This document shows positions 52,558-64,000 of a stretch of DNA of 64,000 nt, one piece after another. Source of the DNA: Eledone cirrhosa (taxonomy: Eukaryota); the NCBI GenBank assembly GCA_964016885.1, contig OZ024743.1:252464001-252528000 (forward strand). Reading direction: 5' to 3'. Every line of letters begins with the position of its first letter. Position 1 is the first letter of the stretch. Both the position numbers and the translations under genes were made by a program. The notes under the pieces were generated by a model that did not search any database, had not been told where the DNA came from, and saw only the letters and a program-made list of their open reading frames with translations.

Positions 52558-52567
52558 ACCTGCCAAC

Positions 52568-55500
52568 ATGGCCGTAATAAGTGTACGATGTTTAAAAGTT
52601 CGAGGCCTGGGATCGTCCTGGAAGCAGGGTCACCTGCTCAACGACCTCAGGTCTATAGAAATGGATGTTATTGCAGTCAGTGAGACCAGGATTTCCGACA
52701 CGCGTGCACTAGCCCCCATTTTCGACGACGATCAGATATTTGCATCTGTTAGCCGGCCGGGAATGGGAGGCGAGGTGGCAGTGCTGTTTAAGAAAGGCCT
52801 GGATCTCGAGGTAAGGTCGATCTTCCGGGACCCGGACGGGAGGTTGGTGGTCCTGGAAGTTAACAATAATGAAGGTGGTGCCTTTAGACTGGTGGCCGTC
52901 TATGCTCCTACTGGGGCAGGACGGCCGGACTTCTTTAGACGCCTGGAAGCCTTTCTGGGTACGTCTCGCCCTTTACTGTTAGCGGGGGACTGGAATGTCA
53001 TCTTAGACGCATGCTGAGACTGTGTGGGAGTATCCGATAGGAGCGGGGTGTGCAAAAGCCTCAAGAACCTGATCAGCCAGTTCCTACTGTCTGACAGGTA
53101 CCGACTAGATTTCCCTAATGCGCCAGTGTGGACCTGGGCTAACCGCATAGCGTCATCTAGATCGTATATAGATAGGATATTCATTAGGAAAATAGACAGA
53201 AATAGTGTAAGCTGTCCACGTTTTGAAAAGGTCGCCTATTCAGATCACAAGTTTGTGATCTGTATGGTCGACCTAGATAAGACGCGTAGGTTAGGACCTG
53301 GTTACTGGAAGCTAAACATGTCATTTCCGGCACGTAAGGCTTACAGGGACTACGTCAACAATTTTGTTAAGAAAAGGTTGACAGGGCGAGTCGTCAACAA
53401 TAGATGGTGGGGGGCTCTCAAAAGAGAGATTAGAGTAATGTCGATAGAGTTCAGCAAAGAAGTAGCATTAGAGAAAAATAGAAAGGAGGGGGAGTTGGTA
53501 AATAAGTTAGACGAGGCTATTGGTAGTGGCATTGCAACTGATGTGCTAGCGGCGAGAATGGCATTAGACCATTTCTTCAATGCGAAACACGAAGCTTGCA
53601 TTGTAAGAGCTAAGGCGCGTTCTCTGAGAAACGAGGGAACCAAAGCTGTTCGATGGGCCCGAGTGGCAGGGGCGCAGAGTGGTAATAAAACCACAATTCG
53701 GTCTTTGACGGACCGAGACGGGCACGAGCTGAACGATTCCAAGAGGATGCGTGAGGCCTTTCGCCAACATTTTGCTCGGTTGTTCGGGGGAAGTGGCGGG
53801 TCAGAGATGGTGGCGGACTTCAGTCCCTACCTCGATGGCTTGCCGCAACTCTCGACGGCTGACGGTGGGTGCTGCGAAAGGCCAATTACTTCAGCCGAGA
53901 ATCAGGATGCCGTTGTCGGCTGCATGATGCGCAAGTCACCTGGTTTGGATGGTCTGTCCTACGAGCTTTACGTAAATATGCCAGACTTGTACTCCAATCT
54001 CCTCGAAGCCCTCTACTGCCGCAAAATGGGAGAATTCCCAGTTCTGTGAGCCGGGGCGTAGTGACGCTGATAAGGAAAGACGAGAACAAGAGTTTAAGAT
54101 TTTGGCCAGGGTGTTAGCGAAGAGGTTGGCGCTTGTCGTCGGGGATTTGGTTGGAGAGGCGCAAACTTGCGCAATACCAAGGAGGTCCATACACGACAAC
54201 CTCCACCTAATGCGATACATCATAGAGAGGGTAGGGTATAAACCTGGCTTCGGTGGGGCTCTGATCAATTTAGATCAATCGAAATCATTCGATAGGGCCT
54301 ACCATCGGTACCTGGAGGCTGTCCTCAAGGCGGCTGGCTTCGGCCCCGTCTTCAGAAGCTGGATCGCTGCAATGCACAGCGGCACCTGCTCGATGGTCAA
54401 AATTAATGGCCAACTTTCGGAATCGTTTTAGGTCTCCCGATCGGTCCGTCAAGGGTGCCCTCTCTCCTCCCTTCTGTACGTATTGACTCTCGAGCCTTTA
54501 CTGCGGAAGCTGGAGCTGTTGCAGGGCATCCCGCTCTAACGGGCTCTGTCGGCTTATGCGGACGACATCACCGTGATGGTGTCGGACACCTCAGAAATAG
54601 AGGGGGTCGGCAACTTATTGGAGGAATATGAAAGGTTGACAGGAGCAAAACTTAACCCGAAAAAGTCAGTGGGCTTGCAACTCGGCACCTGGAGAGGCAA
54701 GTCCATACCATCCAACAGCGTCGTTAGGCGCTGGACGGACCGGTAAAGTTGCTAGGGGTTTGGTTCGGGCCAGACCTCCAGGTGGATAAGAATTGGGACG
54801 AGGTGACAGGCAGGGTAGTCAGTCTCACCCAGAAATGGGCTGGGATGAAGCTATCACTGAAAGGTCGGGCGGAGGTGGCGAAAGCGTACATTGCGTCCGT
54901 CATCTACTACCGTCTGACTGTCGTCCCTTGCCCCTGTTCACGCCTCGCCATCTTGGAGCAGCTCCTCTTCAAATTCTTGCGGAGGGGTCAGGTTCTGCTG
55001 GTGAGGCGGTCCATCTGCTGCCAGCACCCTCTACGTGGAGGGCTGGGCATGCCATGGCTAATGATGCGAAGGCACGCGCTGAGGCTGCGGCATCTCCAGA
55101 TATTCTGCCTAAACGGTGAACAGGTGTGGTCGCCGTTTGTCAGGCGGGCCTTTCCACAGTTCGTTTCTTTGACTGAGCTGCAGTCCTGTGTCAAGAAGAG
55201 ACCGAGACTGGGTGACTGGCATCTGGAATGTTGCCAGGCACTCACTGCCCTCTACCAGGCGGGCAATGCGATCAGTGGAACTTCCACTCTCGAGTTCTAT
55301 AGAGGATTAGTGGTGGCCAAGTGCGACGACGCACTCGGAGAGGCTCTGGGAGTCAACGAAGTCGAACTAACCAGTCTGTACCAGAGGACTTTCGAGCCGG
55401 GGACGATGGATAATTTCCAAGGAATCCCTCGCTTTGCAGTGCTACTAGGGGGCACTGCCGGTTCGAGATAAACTCTACAGGCACGGAAGTGCTGTCAGAC

Positions 55501-55928
55501 GCACCCGCCCCAGATGCGCGCAGAGCGACGAAACTGTTCTGCATGCACTTGCCCAGTGTCCGTGCATTACTGACTTGTGGAGTTATGTTGAACAGCTGTT
55601 GTCGCGTGTAGAACGAATCCGGCTATCGGCCGAGTCCATAGTGAAGATCGACCCGCCACCTTCTTTTGGCCAGGAAGGGCAGGCAATTTTCCTCTGTCTT
55701 GTGGCAGTAGCGAAAGAGGTTGTATGGTGGACGAGGTTGAAAGGACTGAAGACAGACACTTTTCTCTTCGGCCAATCCCTCATCAACTTTTTCAAGTTTC
55801 ACTTGGAAAGGAAGGTGAGGGTGGAGAGAGAAGTGCTGCCCCCCCCCCCCAGTACATTTGCTGAAAGGTGGGTGAATGTGGCGAGAATGGCCCGTGTGAG
55901 TGGGCCTACTCTGGTCATGCGGCTGTAG
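52568..55928 (+). pseudogene. Tx1 ORF2 (AP endonuclease + reverse transcriptase + zinc finger), disrupted
   Basis: Pieced from ORFs 52568, 53024, 54102, 54749, 55575; stops, frameshifts and a deletion near 54090. Confidence 0.9.
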
Positions 55929-56380
55929 GTAGGTAAATTTGAAGAGAGGGGTGCCCTTCCAGGGTGCTCTCGAAGCGTCGGGTCGTTCAGGACTGGTGGG
56001 GTACCTGAGCGAACCCTAGATGGTCATCGCCCCTATTGGGGAATTTTTTCTTGTTGTAATTTTATTGTTACTTTATTGTTACTTTGTTATTGTTACTTTG
56101 TTTTTGTTATTCATATTGTTTACTCGCTTTTTCTGTAAAACCCCAATGTCCCAGTCTTTTGTATTGTCCCCTATATGTCGGCCCTTGTGGCCAATAAATG
56201 AAATCATTATTATTATTATTATTTATTTTTATTTTCTTTCATTATTGTTTCTGAGATATATGCCGAATGTCTTCCTGACACCTAGGGCAAATAAATTCAC
56301 AGTCTTCATTGGTAAGCCAGTTAATACAGCACATTGATTATAATTAAAAAAAAAAAAAAAATTATTATTATAATAATATA

Positions 56381-56620
56381 GGGCAGTGGATTGACAGTAT
56401 CGGTAGAGAATTGGACACAATGCTTTGCAGCATAGAGTTATGGTCCTTTATGGTCTGAGTTCAAATCCCGGCGAGGTTAACTTTGCCTTTCGTCCTTACA
56501 GGGTGATAAAATAAAGTACCAGTAATGCACTGGGTTGATCTAATTAACCCCCCCCCCCCCCCCCCCAAAAAAAAAAAAAAATTGCTGGCCTTGTGCCTAA
56601 ATCAGAAACCATTATTATTA
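56381..56620 (+). mobile_element. tRNA-derived SINE with internal C-run/A-run expansion
   Basis: Family consensus interrupted by poly-C then poly-A at 56548-56581. Confidence 0.88.
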
Positions 56621-57936
56621 TTATAATATATATATATCATCATCATCATTATTGTTTAATGTCTATTTTCTATGTTAACATGGGTTAAACTGGTTCTCCC
56701 AATTGAGGTGAGTTGGGTTCGCTGAATGTGTCTTGTTCATGCAGAACTGTTTCTGGCCTGGTTTCTATGGCTGGATGCACTTCCTTCCTGATGCCAACCA
56801 CATTTACAGTGTGTACTGGCTGCATTTTGCCATGAAATCTACATGACCACTTTACAATGTGGGCTGGGTGCTTTTAGTCCTAACACCTACATGACAACAT
56901 TGTAGTGAGGACTAGTTGCTTTTTGTCTTGATACCAACATGATCATTTTACACTGGGGAATGGGGCAGGTGTGTAAAGGCATGGGAGAAGGGTGGTGTGA
57001 TAAAATGTGAGTAGGGTGTAATGGTGTGGGAAGTGTATGGTGGGGGAAAGAGGATGTAGGTTAAGAGGTACACACTAAATGTATACTTCAATCCATTCAT
57101 ATGGGAAGGGGGTTCTTCTGTATCACTGCATAATGGCAAATATATCAATCCTGTGCCATTGACTTTGAGAGGTGGAATTGTGCAAGGTCAGCTTTTATCA
57201 CCTCATCCCAGGCCTTTTCAGGTCTTCCTCCTGCATAGCTCTCATCAACTTTGATCACCCTGCAGCTTTTAATACAGTTGTCATCCTTCATATGTATCAC
57301 ATGGCCATATCAATCTTTTCTCTTGCACACTACACCAGATCTCTCTCATGCCCAATATAGTCTGTAGTGGCATGACCAGAGAAATCACAAAACAGGGATT
57401 TGCTCTATGCATAGAAGAGAGGAGAATAGATATAAAGGAAGGTATAAACCTGACTGCAATGTCTACTGCTATTGGCTTGTATGTGGCAAGCCTTCTCAAG
57501 GATATACTCTTCCTTTATATGTATACATATATATATATTGTGTATAATGTAATATAAATGCATGTTGCTTACTTAAGCCAGTGCAAGCAATTTCAAACAC
57601 CTGGACCATATAATTGTATGTAACCCTCATTCCAGCTGTCTCTTATAAAAACAGAGATTTATATCAAGATAGAATTTGTTATTTGCATTCATCTATATAT
57701 CTTTGCCTTGTATTGGATGCATACAGGAAATGCCACAAATACACACCGATGCACATGTATATGAGTGTCTAGAGGAGGGGTGTTATTTCTCTTTCAACTA
57801 ATTTTAACACTTACTGTAAACTTTTCCCATGAAAGAAGTAGAATATTTACATTCACAGGGATTAGACTATATTGAGAGTTGATACACTTAATAACTCACT
57901 AATTCATTGTACCCACACACCTACACACACACACTC

Positions 57937-57967
<31 letters not shown>

Positions 57968-58551
57968 CATATATTTATACATATACATATATATATATAT
58001 ATATATATGCATATACCAATCCTGGCAGGGAAAGCGGTTATTAAACAATGATGATGATGTTGATACATTCACACACATACACAGAAACACACCAGTGCAT
58101 GCAAGCACATGCCCCCCCCCACACACACACCCACACACATGCACATATATATATATATATATACACAAACAAACACAAATAAATGTACACATACCCTTAT
58201 AAATAGGAAGAGAAAATAGTTTGAGATCAACTTTCAATAATGAATACAACATTCCTCAGACCATGTCCTCCTTATTGAAACCAGAGCTGAAATTGAACCA
58301 GGGATATCACCCCCACCCCTCCATGTCATACACACAAACTTCATTGCTCTGCACCCTCCAAATATATTAGGGACATTTAAATAGGTTTCATTTACCCCTG
58401 GATTATATGGAAGAGAGTGTATTACTTTACACTGAGATGTTACTGTTGATACACTGGCAGTTTGTATATATTGAACAGTTTTCTCTTATAGTGTAAACTG
58501 TTATTGGTGTATTTTATTTTAGACTATTGTTGTTATGTTGTTATGTGTGTG

Positions 58552-58616
<65 letters not shown>

Positions 58617-58692
58617 TACATAAGCATATATACATAAGCATGTATACATATATACATAAGCATGTATATATATGTATATATATTTATTTATA

Positions 58693-58769
<77 letters not shown>

Positions 58770-59636
58770 CATTATTTACAGGGAACGGCGAGAGTCTATG
58801 GCTCCGTTAATGTATTGTGATATGTAAATACATATATATATATATATATATATACACACTCATATAAGAGATTAAGCTACATTCTCAAAGAGTAGTTTGT
58901 GTAAATTCTATATGAGCTGATCGTTATGTTGGTTTCTCCCAACAAAATATTTACAGATTTACGGAATTAGAGAGAATGAGAGAATGAAAGAATGACTGAA
59001 TGACAGAATGACACAGAACAATGAGGAAAACTAAAGAGAAATCCTTTTAACCAAGAGTTTCATAGCTTTAAAGTCTTAAGCATGACAAACACTGCAAACA
59101 TCACATTCTCCAAACATAACAAAGTGGAACAGGAAATACACACACTGAACCTTTAAATAACACGATCGAAGAGATGAAGGCTCCATCGTTTTATCACTCA
59201 CTATTTGCAGAAATCCATTCTCTCTGCAAAGAATTATTCAATTGAATGATTGAGGGATCTTTGGAAAGCAAAATGTACCTTTATGACGGATTCAGGATTG
59301 ATAACGGATAGAAGAAAGAATGTGTAGTAAAAAATGAAAACAAAGAAAAAAAACAGAAAAGAAAAGAAACAAAATAATAAATAGATATAAAAAAGTAAAA
59401 AAAAGATAATAATAATAATATGGAAGCCCAAAATGAAAATATGGTTATTGTTCTCCAATCCTTCCCCCCATACATCCATTATAGTAAATATTTCAATAAA
59501 CATGCAGTTATAACACAATAAAGATGCTGTCTCCACTATCCCTCACATTGCCCACACTATCACTGCCCACCTGCTTGTCATGACAATCATCATTGAATGG
59601 GAGCAATCTCTATTACACCACCACCGCCACCACCAT

Positions 59637-59696
<60 letters not shown>

Positions 59697-59820
59697 CACT
59701 AGTACTATAACCATTATTATATTTCTGATTGTGTATGTGTGAGTATATGTATCAGTGTTTGCATGGATATATATATGTATAATGATGATGGTATATATAT
59801 ATATGTATATATGTAAATAA

Positions 59821-59858
<38 letters not shown>

Positions 59859-61689
59859 ATATGTATATATGTATATATGTATACACACACACACCCACGC
59901 AAATATATATGTATAATAAATGCCTCTGAAAATGTGAACATGTCAAAATTTCTGTTATTTACTTGGAAGTATGGTTGATATTTGATTGATGGTGGTTTCT
60001 ATAATAATAATACCAAAACAATATAATTTAATAATAATAATAATAACTAAATAATAATTCTTTTTCTGATGAAGTCAGAGAAGAGCTGTTTGTTTATAAT
60101 ACTTTAATATGCAATATTTCACCAATACATTATATACATATATTTATATTTTATGTATATATTATATTTGTATATATTATATATTTATAATATAAATAAT
60201 ATGTAATATAATATACAATGATGTGTGTGTGATATAATATAACCAATAGTTATGAGGCAAGTATGCTATAAATTCTGTCATGCAATTGTGCTACAGTTAC
60301 GAATTGTACAAAACAACATTCTAGCCCTAATAATTCTCATATGAGATCCCTTTCAACACACACAAACTCATAATATGTATGTGCATACACATAAATAGCT
60401 GCAGCATGCAAATACATGCCTAATTTCACAACCCAGTATTACATTATATATATATATATACATACACACTTACGGTAAACATTGATGGAATTCAATTCAA
60501 GAACTGATGGAGAACATTTATATATATAAATATATAATTCTTGGTAACAAAAAAAACTAGTAATAAAATAAAAGGATTTTAGCTGTAATTGTAGGATATA
60601 TGATATAATAAATTTATATAAGAGAGGTAAAATGATGCTGCAAAATATCTGGAATTTTTCCAGATATTACCAACTTGGTTAAACTTGATGTTATGGCACT
60701 TAATAGCATACATAATGTAATGAGTCAAAAATATTTTAATTATGCATTTATTGCATATACTTGTGTAAAGGTCGACCCCCATAATAAGTCAATCCGTTAT
60801 ATCCTAACATTCTGCCAATCCACAACGCTAGACAAGTACTTAAATTTATCGACATTAAATGGATGAAAGGCAAAGTTGTCCACAGTGATATTTGAACTCA
60901 GAGCAAAGAGATCAGGTCAAATATCACAAAGCTTTTTCTCTTCTGTACTAATGATTCTGAAAATTTGACATTAACACTTTTTATAAGAAATTGCCTGAAA
61001 CCACCTCTGGCTCTACAATACAAGACTATTTGTTTTGAATTGTTTATCTTTATCTAAAACCCTTCATCATTCTATGTAAAGACATCTTTTAATTTATCTT
61101 TCAAAAACCAGCTAAATAGCAAAAAACTTAGATATATTACAAAATCTCTTCAAATGCTTGATTATTTTCAAAACAATTTGTAGATCATAGACAATGTTTT
61201 TTATTAGCAATATGGTAATGAAATCTTAGCATGGTTATATTTATCTAAAAACTTTATATATGAATGATAATTTAATATAAAATGTTTGGTTTAGTTCTAA
61301 ACATCAGCATAGTAATGAAATTATTAGATTACTAAATCACTTTAGATGCTTGATTATTCTCAAAATGATTGGTAAATCATAAGCAGTGTTTTTCATTAGA
61401 AATGTGTGTGCATGTATGTGTCTATTTATATGTGTTTCTGTCTGTCTCTATGTACCAGGTATCTTGGAAGTATGATGGGCTGGAGTAAGAGAGGCCATGT
61501 AGTGAGTGCCAAGCATAAAAAGGTGTCATTAAAATAAAGTACCAGTAATGCACTGGGTAATTGCTGGCCTTGTGATAAAGTAGAAACAATTATGATTTAC
61601 TAAGTCATGGCAGTGCCTCAGCATGGCTACAGTCTTACCTTAATCCAGTAAATATATGTGTTTTTGAGTGTATGTCTATATATATATAT

Positions 61690-61766
<77 letters not shown>

Positions 61767-61855
61767 TATATGCATGTGTGTGTGTGAGATAATAGAAATA
61801 TTGAAATAAGCAGGGAAGGAAAATAATAAGATAACCTCAAGTGTGTGTGTATATA

Positions 61856-61957
<102 letters not shown>

Positions 61958-62121
61958 GTATAGTAGTATAGATGACTATAGTGGGTTACTTCACTATTAT
62001 TTTTGGTTAGGTGAAAGAAGCTCTATGCGCAGTTTACTCTTTGGTTCATCAAAAGTTTAAAACAGATAAATAAGTCATCAACAGTTTAAGTTCTTGTTGG
62101 TGAGGACAATTCAATATATAT

Positions 62122-62320
62122 AAGGGCGGTCGATTGGCAGTATCGGTACAGGTTCGGATGCCATGCTTTGCAGCATTGAGTTACGGCCCTTTATTGTCTG
62201 AGTTCAAATTCCGCCGAGGTTAACTTTGTGTTTCACCCATACGGGTTCGATAAAATAAAGTACCATTAATGTACTGAGATAATTGCTGGCCTTGTGCCAA
62301 AAGTAGAAACAATTATTATT
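62122..62320 (+). mobile_element. Full-length tRNA-derived SINE with TSD
   Basis: ATTCAATATAT repeated at 62109-62119 and 62318-62328. Confidence 0.9.
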
Positions 62321-62610
62321 CAATATATCAAAAGATCAATGTTATCAACTTATATTCATTCTTTAATTTCTACCTCTGCTTCAATACTGCTACAATGGTA
62401 TATATCAATTATCAATTATTAACACCATACATTATACCTATAAATGTATATCTTCAGGAAAATGTGAGAAAGAACAAAATTTACCAAGTTCAAATGGTAT
62501 CAAGAATAGACTTTATGACAAAATACTGAATGCAGAACAAGCAATTAAATAAAAAAAAAACATATTTTGTACATGGAGAATTTTGACAGTGTAAAATTAT
62601 AGATTGAAGT

Positions 62611-63462
62611 ATGATCTTTGGTATACCTAATGACTGGTGTAACAGTACAATCATAAATTGCTACAAGGACAAATGTGATGCTCTAGAAAGGAGCAACTAT
62701 AGAATAATAAAACTAATGGACCAAGTTATGGAAGTGATGGAAAGAGTTATAGCAAAACTAATTAAAGAAAGAGTCAAATTAGACGAGATACAGTTTGGTT
62801 TTATGCCTGGGAAAACTACTATTCATGTCCTCTTTTTAGTGAGACATCTACAAGAGAAGTTCTTAGCCAAAAGCAAGCCACTATACCTAGCTTTCATGGA
62901 TCTAGAAAAGGCTTTTGACAGAGTACTTTGATCTATTATCTGGTGGTTCTTAAGGAAATTAGTTGTAGAGGAATGACTTGTGACATCAGTGCAAGCCATG
63001 TACAGAGGAACTGTCAGCAAAGTGAGAGTAGAAAGTCAGTTTAGTGAGGAATTCAAGGTGCATGTAATTCATCAGGGTTCGTTTTTAAACCACTGCTGTT
63101 AGTCATAGTTCTCCAGGTCATAACAGAGGAGTTTAAACTGGCTGCCTTAAGGAACTTCTTTATGTGGATGATCTGGTCCTTATTGCTAAATCTGTAAAAC
63201 AACTAGAAATAAGTTCTGACTATGGAAACAGAATTCGGAATCAAAATGGCTGAGAGTAAACTTAGCCAAAACTAAAATGCTAGGAAGTAAGAAAAAAGAT
63301 ATGACTAATTCCTTCAGGGAAGTTTCCCTTCTCAATATGTAGAAAAGGAGTAGGTATAAACTCTATACGAATTACTCAATGCCAATCTCGGGTACACAAG
63401 TGGTGTAATGGGATAACATGTAGACTAATAGGAATGGAAAACATTGTATATAAGAGATGCTG
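62611..63462 (+). mobile_element. RTE-clade LINE RT fragment
   Basis: NYRIIKLMDQVM..QFGF..AFMDLEKAFDRV..YVDDLVL; homologous to 18430-19240. Confidence 0.9.
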
Positions 63463-63824
63463 GGCCACTTCCCTGAAGGAATCAGGGTTATATCTTCTTT
63501 CCTTCTTATCAGCATTTTAGTTTAGGTTACGTTTACTCTCAGCCCAATAGATTCAAAATTATGTCTTGTTTTAATGGTTCTATCTACTATATACATTCAT
63601 ATATTCATATGTACACACATGCACATTTGTAATCTAGTACATATGTGTAGGTGTGTATTGATTCATCAATGAATTGATCATTTCCTGCCTGGTTTAACAA
63701 TAGAACTGTGAAGATAATTTAACTCCCAGCTTGCATGATTTTCTTTCCTGACATAGCATGAACATATATATGTGTGTACAAATGCATGAATTTGTGTGTG
63801 TGTATGTGCATATATATACCTATA

Positions 63825-63855
<31 letters not shown>

Positions 63856-64000
63856 GTGTGTATGTATATATATATTTTTTTTTTCTTCCTAATAATCGTC
63901 TTTTTCTCCCTGTTTTCATATATTTATATATATATATATATAGTTATTATTTCAAGAGTAACTTACTCACTATTTTGAAAATTTGGACTGTGAACAACAA

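Larger units (their letters stand above)
50368..56205 (+). mobile_element. Near full-length Tx1/L1-clade LINE, multiply disrupted
   Basis: ORF1 remnants 50598-~52557 with CFVCRDKTHLRAFC knuckle; ORF2 52568-55928 with APE (VSET, VYAP, GDWN, YIDRIF, SDH), GPGYWKLN, RT (KSPGLDG, LDQSKSFDR, QGCPLS, SAYADDI), C-terminal finger (R.AQSDETVLHALAQC); AATAAA then (ATT)n. Confidence 0.93.

Overview
AT-rich, microsatellite-dense animal genomic DNA with no convincing host exon. The SINE families and (TA)n/(AAT)n/(CAT)n load suggest an octopus or other coleoid cephalopod (inference). Almost all recognisable sequence is transposon-derived: a 5'-truncated R4/Dong-like RLE LINE (8.45-11.0 kb), a near full-length but disrupted Tx1/L1-clade LINE (50.4-56.2 kb), many RTE-clade LINE pieces whose RT carries an internal PHD-type zinc finger, a GalEa-like Copia remnant, a DD37D (maT) Tc1/mariner, a hAT MITE with an 8-bp TSD, and about 20 copies of a tRNA-derived SINE. 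The most striking unexplained layer is a dense set of type I hammerhead ribozyme (HHR) motifs, about 19 intact, truncated or decayed, all read by eye. They sit in Penelope-like (PLE) remnants and in short non-coding fold-back elements inserted in microsatellites, several of which carry one hammerhead on each strand. Two non-canonical catalytic cores recur in independent copies: UUGAGAA (compensatory U3-A8) and CCGAAGA (U4C). Most ORFs in the supplied track are microsatellite artefacts. All folds and alignments were done manually; boundaries of decayed elements are approximate.
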